Positions 53,395 through 64,000 of a DNA stretch of 64,000 nucleotides are shown piece after piece (the first letter of the stretch is position 1; each line of letters begins with the position of its first letter). The stretch is from NCBI GenBank assembly GCA_951406725.2, contig OX597831.1, forward strand, positions 45,446,001 through 45,510,000. Direction: 5' to 3'. The stretch comes from Octopus vulgaris (lineage: Eukaryota). The notes beneath the pieces were generated by a model. That model worked only from the letters and a program-made list of their open reading frames with translations, did not search any database and was not told the DNA's origin. The translations under genes were made by a program, and so were the position numbers.

Positions 53395-53775
53395 AAGGTA
53401 GCGAGCAGGCAGATTCGTTAGCACGCGGAGCAAAATGCTTAGCGGTATTTCGTCTGTCTTTACGCTCTCAGGTCAAATTCTGTTTTGATGGTAAAACCAA
53501 CAGTAGAGTGGTATGGCTTATCTTCATTTCTTCCACAGAAAAATGTATATACACCTTTACTTTCTTCTGACTGTGATGATCCTACAAGACGAGTTTCACT
53601 GAGAGCAGTTACGTCGATGTTGAGCAGGAGAAGGAATTTTACAACCAAAGGTCGACTTTGCCTTTCATCATTTCGGGGGTCGATAAATTAAGTACCAGTG
53701 AAACCCTTGAATCAATGTAATCGACTAGTCCCCTCCTTTAAAAATTTCAGGCCTTGTCCCTTTAGTAGTAAAAAT
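53395..53775 (+). mobile_element. SINE family A split by an RTE endonuclease fragment
   Basis: Head runs to ...ggtcaaattc (53480) and resumes at caaaggtcgactttgcctttcatc (~53646). Confidence 0.85.
53481..53645 (-). mobile_element. RTE AP-endonuclease N-terminal fragment
   Basis: NIDVTALSETRLVGSSQSEESKGVYTFFCGR...VGFTIK matches RTE IDIAALSETRL...GYTFFWSG...GVGFAIK. Confidence 0.85.
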
Positions 53776-53849
53776 TATAACATAAAAGCAAAAGAAAAAA
53801 AGCATTGACACACACACTCACACTGAAATGAAACTTATATCAGTGTAGC

Positions 53850-54720
53850 CAATTTCCATACTATGGTGCTTGAAGTTTACTATAATACAAGTGGATTCAA
53901 ACACTACAGCAAAATGGCTAATAAACTTCTGAGGTTGGTTGGCAACTTTCGAGAGTGTTACTACTGTCATGGTGGCCTTCTTCAGTGCATCACCTTCAAA
54001 AAGGTCTCGTTTGAAACACACCTTTCTGTATGTGTCGCACACTGGACCCTGGACAGTTCGCAGATCCTCCAACGAGCTTCATACTTGTAGCATTATAAAG
54101 TGGTATGCGATGGTAAAATACACTCTAGCTTGCTTGGATGACCGGTGTTAACTTTTGTCAAAGTTCCATATTTAAAAACGGCCTTCTATAGCGCTATGTC
54201 TTGTCTACCCACTCAACTTGTTTTTATTCTAAGTATAGAAAGATGTTATATCTGAATAAAATACGTATAAAAACTCCCTGAAAAAAACTGAAAAATACAG
54301 AGTTGTATTTTTGTTATTGAAATTTTTTTTTCAATAAAATAAACACTTTCTATTTCCAAGGTGACTTCTTAGTGTTCGGATGGAGAGGTGTTGTTCTTCA
54401 ACTGGTAATTCCAAAATGCACCAGAATATTTAAATGCTGCTAAAATGTCTCTTTTCGATTGAAACTGAGCACGTCATCGCTTGTGTTTTTGTTTTTAAAG
54501 TGCATTAGCACAACCATCAACAGCACCACTTCTGACTTACTTGCACACTTTAAATTGGCTTCACTTAGTGACTGAACTCAACGTTGATACGTGCATTAAA
54601 GGTATTTGACAACAGTGACCTGTGAAGTACAATACATCAGTTGTCAATCTCAACATCCTCACCACTTCTCATGGAGAGTCTGAGTGTACTTCTTAGAGAC
54701 CTTTTTGACGCATTTATTAT
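53850..54720 (-). mobile_element. Helitron Rep-domain relic
   Basis: In order on minus: EIDN*CIV (DNRWVVPY), ARINVEF (AHINVE), WCILELPVEEQHLSIRTLRSHLGN (WRI...VHLEN), TVIQAS/VHPS region, EDLRTVQGPVCDTYRKVC (EDLRTVNG...TFREAC). Confidence 0.8.
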
Positions 54721-54815
54721 TTTTCCTGCAAGAAGATTTGGGATCTAGCGGAGCTGGTATGGGCAATGGTCTATTGGTCTCTTGATGGTGTAAAAAAGGT
54801 TTTATTTGCTCAGAG

Positions 54816-55314
54816 CAGAGCTGGCCAACCCGAGGCCCTACAGACTTTTATCTTGCGGCCTGCTGCGTACTTTCTTGAAATGGGTTTATTTAAACAAACA
54901 TTAAAAACTTTTTATCAAAAATTAAAGATTTTAATAAGAAGTAAAAAAGTAAGATACTGCGGTTTTTGCGACAATGATATTTCATGTTGAATCAATGATC
55001 ATTCATTCATTATTGTAATAGTAGCATGAGAAAGCAAAATATTTACAATTCTGTCTGTAGTGCTCTATTCTTGTAGCACGCCTATGTAGTTTGCAAGTAT
55101 TAATTGGACATCATTTTTGCTATCTTTTAAAATTTACAAGTGGCAATAAAACAAGTGCCTACAATTGTATAATTTTAAACAAACGAAAAGTATGAAAAAT
55201 TTTTAATTCTGTAATTTGATTATTTGACTATTAGTCCAAAAAGTATGCAAGCAGTCCTCAAAAAGTTTCTATGATTAAGGTGGTCTGCAATGTAATTCGA
55301 GTTGGTCAGGCGTA
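54816..55314. mobile_element. hAT-type MITE
   Basis: Termini CAGAGCTGGCCAAC / GTTGGTCAGGCGTA; 8-bp TSD GCTCAGAG / GCTTAGAG. Confidence 0.7.
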
Positions 55315-55491
55315 GCTTAGAGGATCTGAGGTTTTGCTGATGTAATGTTGTCTATCGGACTGTGTCGGATTCTAATATCTAACCAGATGTGAATGCGGGC
55401 GAACGAAAGGTCTCTTTCCTCCCATCCTATGATATTCATGTTGCATCCTGTTGCATCATTTTGAAAAGCTTTCGTATGGAAAATGTTAGCT

Positions 55492-55992
55492 CAGTGTTTC
55501 TCAACCATTTTTTGTTTACCTATTGACCTCTATGATTCCTATTTTACTGCGCTGGGCCCTCCTACAATATTTCTATAATTAAATATTATTAGAAATTGTA
55601 TATAAAAAAAAAGCTGTTAAAACTTATCGTGTATTACAGAAGTATAACCAATTTATTTCAGATAAATTTTAGTAAAATTTGATGCTTTATGGACCCTGTT
55701 TGGGCTTTATGGACCTTGTTTGGGCTTTATAGACCCTGGTTGGGCTTTATGGACCCTGGTTGGGCTTTATGGATCCTAGTTGGGCTTTATGGACCCTGGT
55801 TGGGCTTTATGGACCCTGGCTGGGCTTTATAGACCCTGGTTGGGCTTTATGGACCCTGGTTGGGCTTTATGGACCCTGGTTGGGCTTTATGGACCTTAGT
55901 TGGGCTTTATGGACCCCGGTTGGGCTTTATGGACCCTGGTTGGACTATATGGACCCTGGTTGGGCTTTATGGACCCTGGTTGAGAACCACTG
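55492..55992 (+). mobile_element. hAT (Charlie-like) MITE, same family as 62718-63542
   Basis: TIRs CAGTGTTTCTCAACC / GGTTGAGAACCACTG; degenerate TSD tgttagct / gtctagcc. Confidence 0.8.
55684..55983. repeat. 20-bp minisatellite, about 15 copies, inside the MITE
   Basis: Unit TGGGCTTTATGGACCCTGGT. Confidence 0.97.
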
Positions 55993-56239
55993 GTCTAGCC
56001 AGTAAATTATGTCGGTCTTTACTCGGCTGTTCTGGTAAAAGTTCTTCACTCACCTCTTTCCGATCAGTATATCAAATGAATGTGCTTGAAAGATCAAGCC
56101 GTACATAAGTTCTAAGATAAATCCTGAGTACATGCATTTATTTTGGATTTTGTGTAAAACAGGTAAGACAAATTACCCAACTGACCAGTACCTCTAGCTC
56201 CATAATTTTTTTATGTCATCTCTAAGATAAAATTATGAA

Positions 56240-56432
56240 TCCATGCAGAATCGTTTGCGCGTCGAACAAATTGCTTAGCGACATTTCTTACGGCCCTTTA
56301 TGCTCTCATTTCTAATTTTGCCAAGGTCAACTTTGCCTTTCATAAAATAAGTACCAGTTGTGTGCTCGGGTCTATGTAATAGACTTTACTCATCCCTTCA
56401 AAATGACTAACCTTTTGCCAAAATTTGAAGAC
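56240..56432 (+). mobile_element. SINE family A, degenerate
   Basis: gcagaatcgtt...ccaaggtcaactttgcctttcataaaataagtaccag. Confidence 0.7.
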
Positions 56433-57110
56433 ATTATTTTTGATGCGTCATTACTAATAGCCAACTTTCTGCCTCCACCAGCGCACTGATGGAATGAATC
56501 TTGAAATTGTTGCATGCAGCTGAATTAGTTATTGTGAAGCTATGACGTATATGCATAAACAACCTAACGCTAAAATATGGTTACTATTTTAAAGTTTTTT
56601 TTTAGTTTAAAAATAACAATGGAACGATTGCCGTTGGGAGAGGGATGACAGAGTAGAGTCAAATTTATGGGGAAGTTGAAGTTGACGGAGATTTCAAGTT
56701 GATAGATGTACCATTATATTGCGAAATTTAGCTTGAATTTTATGATATATCCCATGCATAACAGTTTTTGTTCCTCGAGTGTGTGAAATTTCAAAGCGAT
56801 ATCCGTCTTCTTGATGTACACAGATAAGTGGACACTGAAGAGCTTCCTCTGATCTATATCTCACATTTCTCCTCTTGATGTAGCTGTGGCTAAGTTTTAG
56901 AGCAATATTGCGTTCTCTAAACTCCTAGTCACTCATAATCAGGGCAATCCCATTGCAGGTTTGTTCGCTTATCTGTATCAGCTAATTGAAATTCCATAAC
57001 AGGCGTGATTTCAAGTACATATTTAAACGTTTTGGCTTAATAGTTTGTAGGTGTGGATCATCTGCAGAAGCATTGGTGTGCTATGACATCAAGTCCTTCA
57101 TTATATAAAG

Positions 57111-57260
57111 CAAAGGTTCTCAACGAGGGGCATATGCCCCCTCGCGTCTATTTGGAGCTCGAGAGAAGCGTTTTGGAGCAAAGGGGCACTAGGGGCGTTA
57201 AGAGGCTTGTGGGGCGCTAGGGTGTGGTAGGGGGCGCTGGAAGACCCTCGTCTTTGATAA
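57111..57260 (+). mobile_element. hAT MITE left end
   Basis: CAAAGGTTCTCAAC followed by GGGGCG-rich subterminal repeats; right end not located. Confidence 0.45.
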
Positions 57261-57803
57261 GTTTAATTTGAAATTAACGAGTAGTAGCCATATTTTCACA
57301 TCTCTGCGACAGTCAGTTTTTTAAAAAAACATGCAATTTTGTTTCAGATTTTCAAAAACTTAAAAAGCACTTTTTCCACCCCAAGCACATGGTACAATTC
57401 CACCCCAGTTACACATGGTACAATTCTTTATACCATGTGTAACTGGTGTCGCTAAAGTGAAACCCCCGAAACAAAAACTAAAACTAAAATCAGATGAATA
57501 GTGACAGACGATTAAAAGAAAAGAGTAATGAATAAAAGCGAAAAGCTGAATGTGTGTGGGGAGGGGCGTGTGTGCCGTGCGCGCGCGTGTGTGTGAGCGC
57601 GTGTGTGTGTTTGTGTGCAAGTATATAAAGAATAGTGGTCAGAATTTTGGATCAAACTGGCTTTTGGGAATAGCTGATAGGTGTGTATTTGTTATGTGTG
57701 TATATGTATGGGTATATTTGTGCGTATATGATTGCGTGTATTGCCATTTTGAATTCCTTTCTGCGACTGAACTTAAATTGACCCCTGGCTATTAAAGATC
57801 AAA

Positions 57804-57859
<56 letters not shown>

Positions 57860-58109
57860 TTGTTTTAGGCTTTGTACCCATTTGAACTGCAACCGTACAC
57901 CAGATAACGTAGTAAGTCTTATGTTCTAAAATTTAAATTCTGAATTTGTTTTAATTATAAAATTACACCCCAACTAAAAACCTGTCTTTTGGCTTTGGAA
58001 AAGTTAGAATTTCTCTGTTTTGGCCAGAATTTTACAATTTCCTGTATCAAGCAAGGGACAGATACATTTAAAAAAAAATTAAATTCATAGAGCCAAACAA
58101 AATCAAAAA

Positions 58110-58958
58110 TACGTGATCGATAAAATATCTTAGCGGTTGGCCAAAGGAGATCGATAAAATAACTTAGCGGTTCGCCAAACGGGATCGATAAAATAACCTA
58201 GCGGTTCGCCAAACGTAGTCGATGAAATAACTTTGCGGTTCGCCAAAGGTGTGCTATAAAATAATCTAGCGGTTCACCGAAAGGGATCGATAAAATAACC
58301 CTAGCGGTTCGCCCAGGTATATCGATAAAATAACTTAGTGGTTCGCCAAAGGATCTATAAAATAACTTAGCCGTTCGCCAAACGGGATCGATAAAATAAC
58401 GTAGCTGTTCTCCAAAGGCGATCAATATAATAACCTAGCGGTTCGACAAATGTGTTCAATAAAATAACTTAGCGGTTCGCCAAAGGAGACGATGAAATAA
58501 CCTTGGCGGTTCGCCAAAGGTGGCCGATAAAATAACTTAGGGATCAATAAAGTAACCTAGCGGTTGGGCAAACGTGATCGATAAAATAACTTAGCGGTTC
58601 GCCAAAGGAGATCGAGAAAAAACGTGACGGTTCGCCAAACGAGATCGAGAAAATAACCTAGCGGTTCACTAAATGGGATCGATAAAATAATCTAGCGTTT
58701 CGACAAATGTGATCGATAAAGTATCTGAGTGGTTCGTCAAAGCAGATCGATAAAAATAACTTAGCAGTTTGCCAAAGTAGATCGATAAAATAAATTAGCG
58801 GACTAGCGGTTCGCCAAAGGATATCGATAAAAAAACTTTAGCGGTCTAGCGGTTCGCCAAAGGATATTGATAAAATAACTTAGCGGTTCGCCAAAGGATA
58901 TCGATAAAATAACTTAGCGGTTCTCCAATCATGATCAATAAATTAACTTAGTGGTTCC
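58110..58958 (+). repeat. 34-bp satellite array, about 24-25 copies
   Basis: Same unit as 42734-43454 (anchors 58161 and 58195); single orientation. Confidence 0.96.
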
Positions 58959-59502
58959 CTCGGACTGTCCCTCGCTTTCTCTTACTCTCTATCTTTATCT
59001 ATCTCTCTCCCATTTATAAGAAATTAGATATCTGTAAAAATGTATGTGTATGTGTATATATTTGTGTTTCTGTATGCATTTATACATGTATATGTATGTT
59101 TCAGGAGATATTAGAAGAATGTAATAAAAGTCAGTCACAATAAGAGATCTCCCAAAAATCTATTTCCTTAATTTTTAACTACTGTTTCTAACACACGTTA
59201 TTTACGCAATTTTGATTTTGAAGTATTTAAAAAACAACTTGGAAATTATAAAGAGAAATTAATGGTAGATTCAGACTGTCCGTATTTCAAGACCACAAAT
59301 TGAAAAAAAAAAAAAAAAAATTGTGCGTGTCAAATTTTTTCTCCAGAAGTTCATAGCTTCATAGGAATAAGCGTGGAAAACTGCATCAAGATAACCAAGT
59401 AGACTTATGCTTAACCGTCTCCCTAGCTTACAACATTCGGTCTCCCTTCCGCGATACAGCTGCATTAGTCGCAGATCAAATTTTTGATAGATTAAAAAAT
59501 AT

Positions 59503-59932
59503 TCTTTTCTACTCTAGGAGCAAGGCCCGAAATTTTGGGGGAGGGGTCCAGTCGATTAGATCTACCCCAGTACGCAACTGGTAATTAATTTATCGACCCT
59601 TAAAGGATGTGGTAATTAATTTATCGACCTTTAAAGGATGAAAGGTAAAGTCGACCTCTGCGGAATTTGAACTCTGAACGTAACGGCAGACGAAATACCT
59701 ATTTCTTTACTACCCACAAGGGGCTAAACACAGAGGGGACAAACAAGGACAGACACACGGATTAAGTCTATTATATCGACCCCAGTGCGTAACTGGTACT
59801 TATTTAATCGACCCCGAAAGGATGAAAGGCAAAGTCGACCTCTGCGGAATTTGAACTCAGAACGTAACGGCAGACGAAATACGGCTACGCATTTCACCCG
59901 GCGTGCTAACGTTTCTGCCAGCTCGCTGCCTT
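59503..59932 (-). mobile_element. Dimeric SINE family A with an internal 31-bp duplication
   Basis: The core aaagtcgacctctgcggaatttgaactc occurs twice; ggtaattaatttatcgacc..taaaggatg is duplicated at 59580-59640. Confidence 0.88.
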
Positions 59933-60061
59933 AAAGATTTTAAAATATTAAAAAAACGTGTCTTATATGCTGGTATAAATGGCGCGCGTGTGTGTATGTG
60001 TGTGTGTGCTGGTGTGCTGGTGTGTATGTGTGTGTGTGCTGGTGTGTATGTGTGTGTGTGC

Positions 60062-60468
60062 TGGTGTGGCTGTGTGGTAAAGAGCTTGCTTCCAGGTCCA
60101 GTCCCACTGCGTGGCATCTTGAGCAAGTGTCTTCTACTATAGCCTCGAGACTACCAGTGTCTTGCGAGTGGATTTCGTAGACGGAAACTGAACAGAAGCC
60201 CGTCGTTTATCTGTATATGTATATATCTATGTGTGTATATGTGTGTGTCTTTGTGTCTGTGTTTGTACCCCATCACTGCTTGACAACCGGTGTTGGTGTG
60301 TTTATGTTCCTGTAATTAAACAGTTCAGCAAAAGCGACTGATAGAATAAGTACTAGGCTTTAAAAAAATAAGTCTTGGGTCGATATGTTCGACTAAAAAC
60401 CCCTTAAGTAGGTGATCCAGCATGGCCGCAGTTAAATTACTAAAACATGTAAAAGAATAAAAGAAAGA
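60062..60468 (+). mobile_element. SINE family B
   Basis: Colinear with 49525-49928. Confidence 0.88.
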
Positions 60469-61039
60469 ACATATATAATTTTTTTTTTGGCAAAATTTTC
60501 TTCAGTACTAGAGACTAAAATACATTACTTCCTTTTTGCTATTATTGTAGCAGAACGAATTTAGGGAAAATATACCTAAAGCCTACTATAATTTAGAGTG
60601 GCTGAAGGAAAATATTTAAATAGTATAATCACCTTAGTGTGAATCAGGTAAAACAACTCCAGACAATGGTCGCGAGTGAGAGGTTTGGATAGTGTGTTCT
60701 GTCTACTATTTAACAAGCGCAGCTCAAATAACTGTATCTTGGTGTAAGGATTACATACCTAGTAGAATTGGAAAAGAACTGGCTAGGGTGTGCAGGCAGC
60801 TACTTCTAGGTTAGATATCCTTGCTAACGCTATTGCATAATACTGGGTACACCACAGAGAGAAGGACTAGTTCGTTCAATATAGGATACCATGCAAGTAT
60901 AGTAAGAGCCGTTAGAAAGTAATGGTAAAAGGAAACGAGACAAGTAGGACTCAGAAACTAATAGGTAGATAGATTGACTATTGGGTCAGCAACAGAGGGA
61001 GTAAATAAGATTGGCCCTAGATTAGGAGCTATTATAGAG

Positions 61040-61378
61040 GTTGTTTATTGTATTTAAACGTGCGGATAGCCTTGTATATACAGGAAAGACGAAGGTCTAG
61101 CTTATTATTTAGACGATTTTCCCTATTTTTTAAATTTCAAAATAGCTCAATGCAGCAAAGCTTGCGCCTGTATGTGCTGCTTAAGTACAATTTAGCGACC
61201 CTAATGATGTCCCAACTCAAATCGAATTTAACATTGTCGTCCTTGAGCTCCCAAATCTTCGTGGATAGAGACGTCCTGCCAACCCTATGCCTTAATCTAA
61301 AGGAAGAATAGTGGTTACGTAAGCGCTCCTTGAGATTTACGGAGTAGCCGATATAGGTATAAGTATTGATTTCTGTTA
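61040..61378 (-). mobile_element. Penelope-like GIY-YIG endonuclease relic (lineage differs from the 43.5-kb relic)
   Basis: YIGYSVNLKERLRNHYSSFR...TSLSTKIWELKDDNVKFDLSWDIIRVAKLY...KLCCIE matches PLE YIG..FKxR..NH..SF..T.LS..IW.LK...W.I...C.LC..E. Confidence 0.85.
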
Positions 61379-62254
61379 CACCTTCCCCAAGGTGCCACGC
61401 AGTGGGACTGAATCAGGAGCCAAGTGGTTGGTAAGCAAGCTATTTACCACACAGCCACTCCTGCGCCATACATACATACATACATACATACATACATACA
61501 TACATACATGCACACACATATATATCACCTTCTCTCTCTCTTTCTCTCTCTTATCATCATTGTTTATAGACGTTCATAAGCAAGAAGACTATAAGCTAAG
61601 AGATAATTTAATATAATTTAATTTTCACTTTATACCAATTTCAGCTCTCATTTCCCAATTGATTTATGTATGATGTGTTTTCCACTTTCTTCTCTTCCTC
61701 ATCATCACCGAGACAGTTCTCAGTATTCTAAGTGTCATTCCGTTCAAATGTTTTATTTTGCTTTAGTTCCGACACTCGGTAAGTCAGATAAAAATAAAAA
61801 TTAGTGAAACAAATTATTCAAGACGTGAGTTAAAAAAAGGTAAGCGCAACATTCGCAGAAACTCTTTGTAAAGTATAGACCACATCAAACAGAAGCGCAA
61901 CCGCATGCATAATGCAATGCGCAGGTCTCCATACGAAGACGGACGCGGCAGATCAAAATTGCGAAACAACATCAAGTATAGCTCAGAGTTGATGTTATCA
62001 AGTCTTCTATGACCACACAACAAGAGTCTGAGAAAGAAGAGGCGAACAAGACTCCATGCATTTTAATCGAAATTCACCAGCCAAACAACAGTTCAGTTAC
62101 TTTATATCAAAAGTTCTCAATCCATTTTAGCCAAAGGCCCCCCACCACCTTTGATCCTTGGAGTCACAAATGCCCCCCACCCCCTAGAAAATATTTAAAT
62201 TTTTCCATACACTACTTATTTTAATATCAGCAGATAATGATTAAAAAATAAAGT

Positions 62255-62394
62255 GGAGTGGCTGTGTGGTAAGTAGCTTGCTTACCAACCACATGGTCCC
62301 GGGTTCAGTCCCACTGCGTGGCACCTACTATAGGCTCGGGCCTACCAAAGCCTTGTGAGTGGATTTGGTAGATGGAAACTGAAAGAAGCCCATC

Positions 62395-62454
<60 letters not shown>

Positions 62455-62480
62455 TTGTGTGTCTGTGTCCCCCCCCCAAC
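62255..62480 (+). mobile_element. SINE family B, partial; another partial copy on minus at 61383-61468
   Basis: ggagtggctgtgtggtaagtagcttgcttaccaacc. Confidence 0.85.
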
Positions 62481-62717
62481 AGTCTACTGGATACCAGTCA
62501 TTGTTACCAATTATAAAATATTGAAAAGCAGCCAAAATATCACAGTCTGTTTGCACAAACATGCGAAAAGTGCTTACGGTATGCCGGCAGTAATGTGGGG
62601 AGATCACATCATCTCATTACACGCCCTCCACCATCTTACATAACCCACGCTTGATTTCTATCTCACATTATTAAATGACTGTGCTACATTTCCGAAACAG
62701 ATTATAATTATGTAAAC

Positions 62718-63542
62718 CAGTGGTCCTCAACCGGGGCCCCATAGGATCCATGTAATATTTTTCGGGGTCCGTAGAAGCAAAATAGTAAATTGGGGATCAA
62801 CAGTTGTATTTTAGCGGTCCATGAATACATTTTGCTTTAGATGTATTTATCACAAGAAACAGTTAGGTTTCTTTCTCTAAAAGAGACCGATAGAATAAGT
62901 ACTAGGCTTACAAAGAATAAGTCCTGGGGTCGAATTGCTCGACTAACAATACTTTTTCACATTTTGGGGTGGCTGTGTGGTAAGTAGCTTGTTTACCGAC
63001 CACATGGTTCCGGGTTCAGTCCCACTGCGTGGCACCTTGGGCAAGTGTCTTCTACTATAGCCTCGGGCCGACCAAAGCCTTGTGAGTAGATTTGGTAGAC
63101 GGAAAACTGAAAGAAGCCTGTCGTATATATAAATATATATATGTATGTATGTGTATGTGTTTGTGTGTCTGTGTTTGTCCCCTTAGCATTGCTTGACAAC
63201 CGATGCTGGTGTGTTTATGTCCCCGTTACTTAGCAGTTCGGCAAAAGAGACTGATAGAATAAGTACTGGGCTTATAAAAGAATAAGTCCCGGGGTCGATT
63301 TGTTCGACTAAAGGCGTGCTCCAGCATGGCCACAGTCAAATGACTGAAACAAGTAAAAGAGTAAAAGAGTATAGTTCAAACTTCACAAATGAATGCGTGA
63401 AAAGACAAAATAGAAATTTAGAAAGAAGTATCTATAAAACTAGTTTTTAAACATTGAATGGTTATGGCGGTCCACTAGAGCAGAATAGTAATCAAAGGGG
63501 TCCATAGGCAAAAAAAAAAAAAAAAATGGTTGAGGACCACTG
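62718..63542 (-). mobile_element. hAT (Charlie-like) MITE with nested SINE B (~62880-63370)
   Basis: Perfect 15-bp TIR CAGTGGTCCTCAACC / GGTTGAGGACCACTG; TSD ATGTAAAC / ATCTAAAC. Confidence 0.88.
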
Positions 63543-63875
63543 ATCTAAACAAACAAATTCTCCTAGAAAGATAAACGAATGGAATGTTAACAAGCTTCCA
63601 TCCCCTGCCAGCTACTTGCAATGAGTGGTTAACATTGAAATCATAGTGGTGTTGTATCACACTGGCAGTCAGTAACAGTTGCATAAAACATAAGAGCGAG
63701 AAATACGAGCGTAACATCCTGTATGACAATTCACTTGACCAAAATATAAACAACAATACAAATGAGGTGAGAGGAGATAAAACAGCACCCGTAAAACGTG
63801 GTTTATTTATGATGAATTTACGGTTTCAAACTATGTTCCATATCCCTGGTCACGGCAGAGCAGGTTAATTTTTAG

Positions 63876-64000
63876 GCGCAAGCGTGGCTGCGAGGTAAGA
63901 AGCTTGCTTCCCGACCACATGGTTCCGAGTTCAGTCCCACTGCGTGGCACCTTGGGCCAGTGACTCCTACTATGGCCTCGGGCTGACTAAAGACTTGTGA
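63876..64000 (+). mobile_element. SINE family B head, cut by the window end
   Basis: ggcgcaagcgtggctgcgaggtaagaagcttgc...cagtcccactgcgtggcaccttggg. Confidence 0.85.

Noticed and set aside
55760-56108. Repetitive ORF GFMDPGWALWTLVGLYGPW
   Set aside because: Frame-cycling translation of the 20-bp minisatellite inside a MITE.
58110-58958. CRISPR-like look of the 34-bp arrays (constant part plus variable part); also 42.7 kb and the 46-bp array
   Set aside because: The variable part is only ~5 nt, there are no unique 25-45-nt spacers and no cas genes, and the context is eukaryotic. These are tandem satellites.

Overview
AT-rich, microsatellite-dense animal genomic DNA. The SINE families and repeat landscape look like an octopus or other coleoid cephalopod; this is recalled similarity, not a database result. 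No intact protein-coding gene is visible, and most ORF-track entries are microsatellite or repeat artefacts. The left ~23.5 kb is strongly CpG-depleted and A-rich on +, consistent with introns of a methylated minus-strand gene. That gene has a candidate promoter and first exon at ~28.5-29.1 kb, a possible second start at ~24.6 kb, and a candidate first coding exon at 22649-22701. The right ~34 kb is CpG-normal and filled with nested transposon remains: R4/Dong-type RLE retroelements in microsatellites, tandem Helitrons, a solo LTR, Penelope-like elements with hammerhead-like motifs, RTE pieces and hAT MITEs. It also holds three minisatellite families (46, 34 and 20 bp). The most unusual structure is the 34-bp satellite. 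It matches a segment of a local SINE (30/34 nt), occurs at two loci, and at 42.7-43.45 kb forms a foldback with two 212-bp inverted arms abutting a Penelope-like ORF. No CRISPR or prokaryotic system is present. All counts were made by eye.
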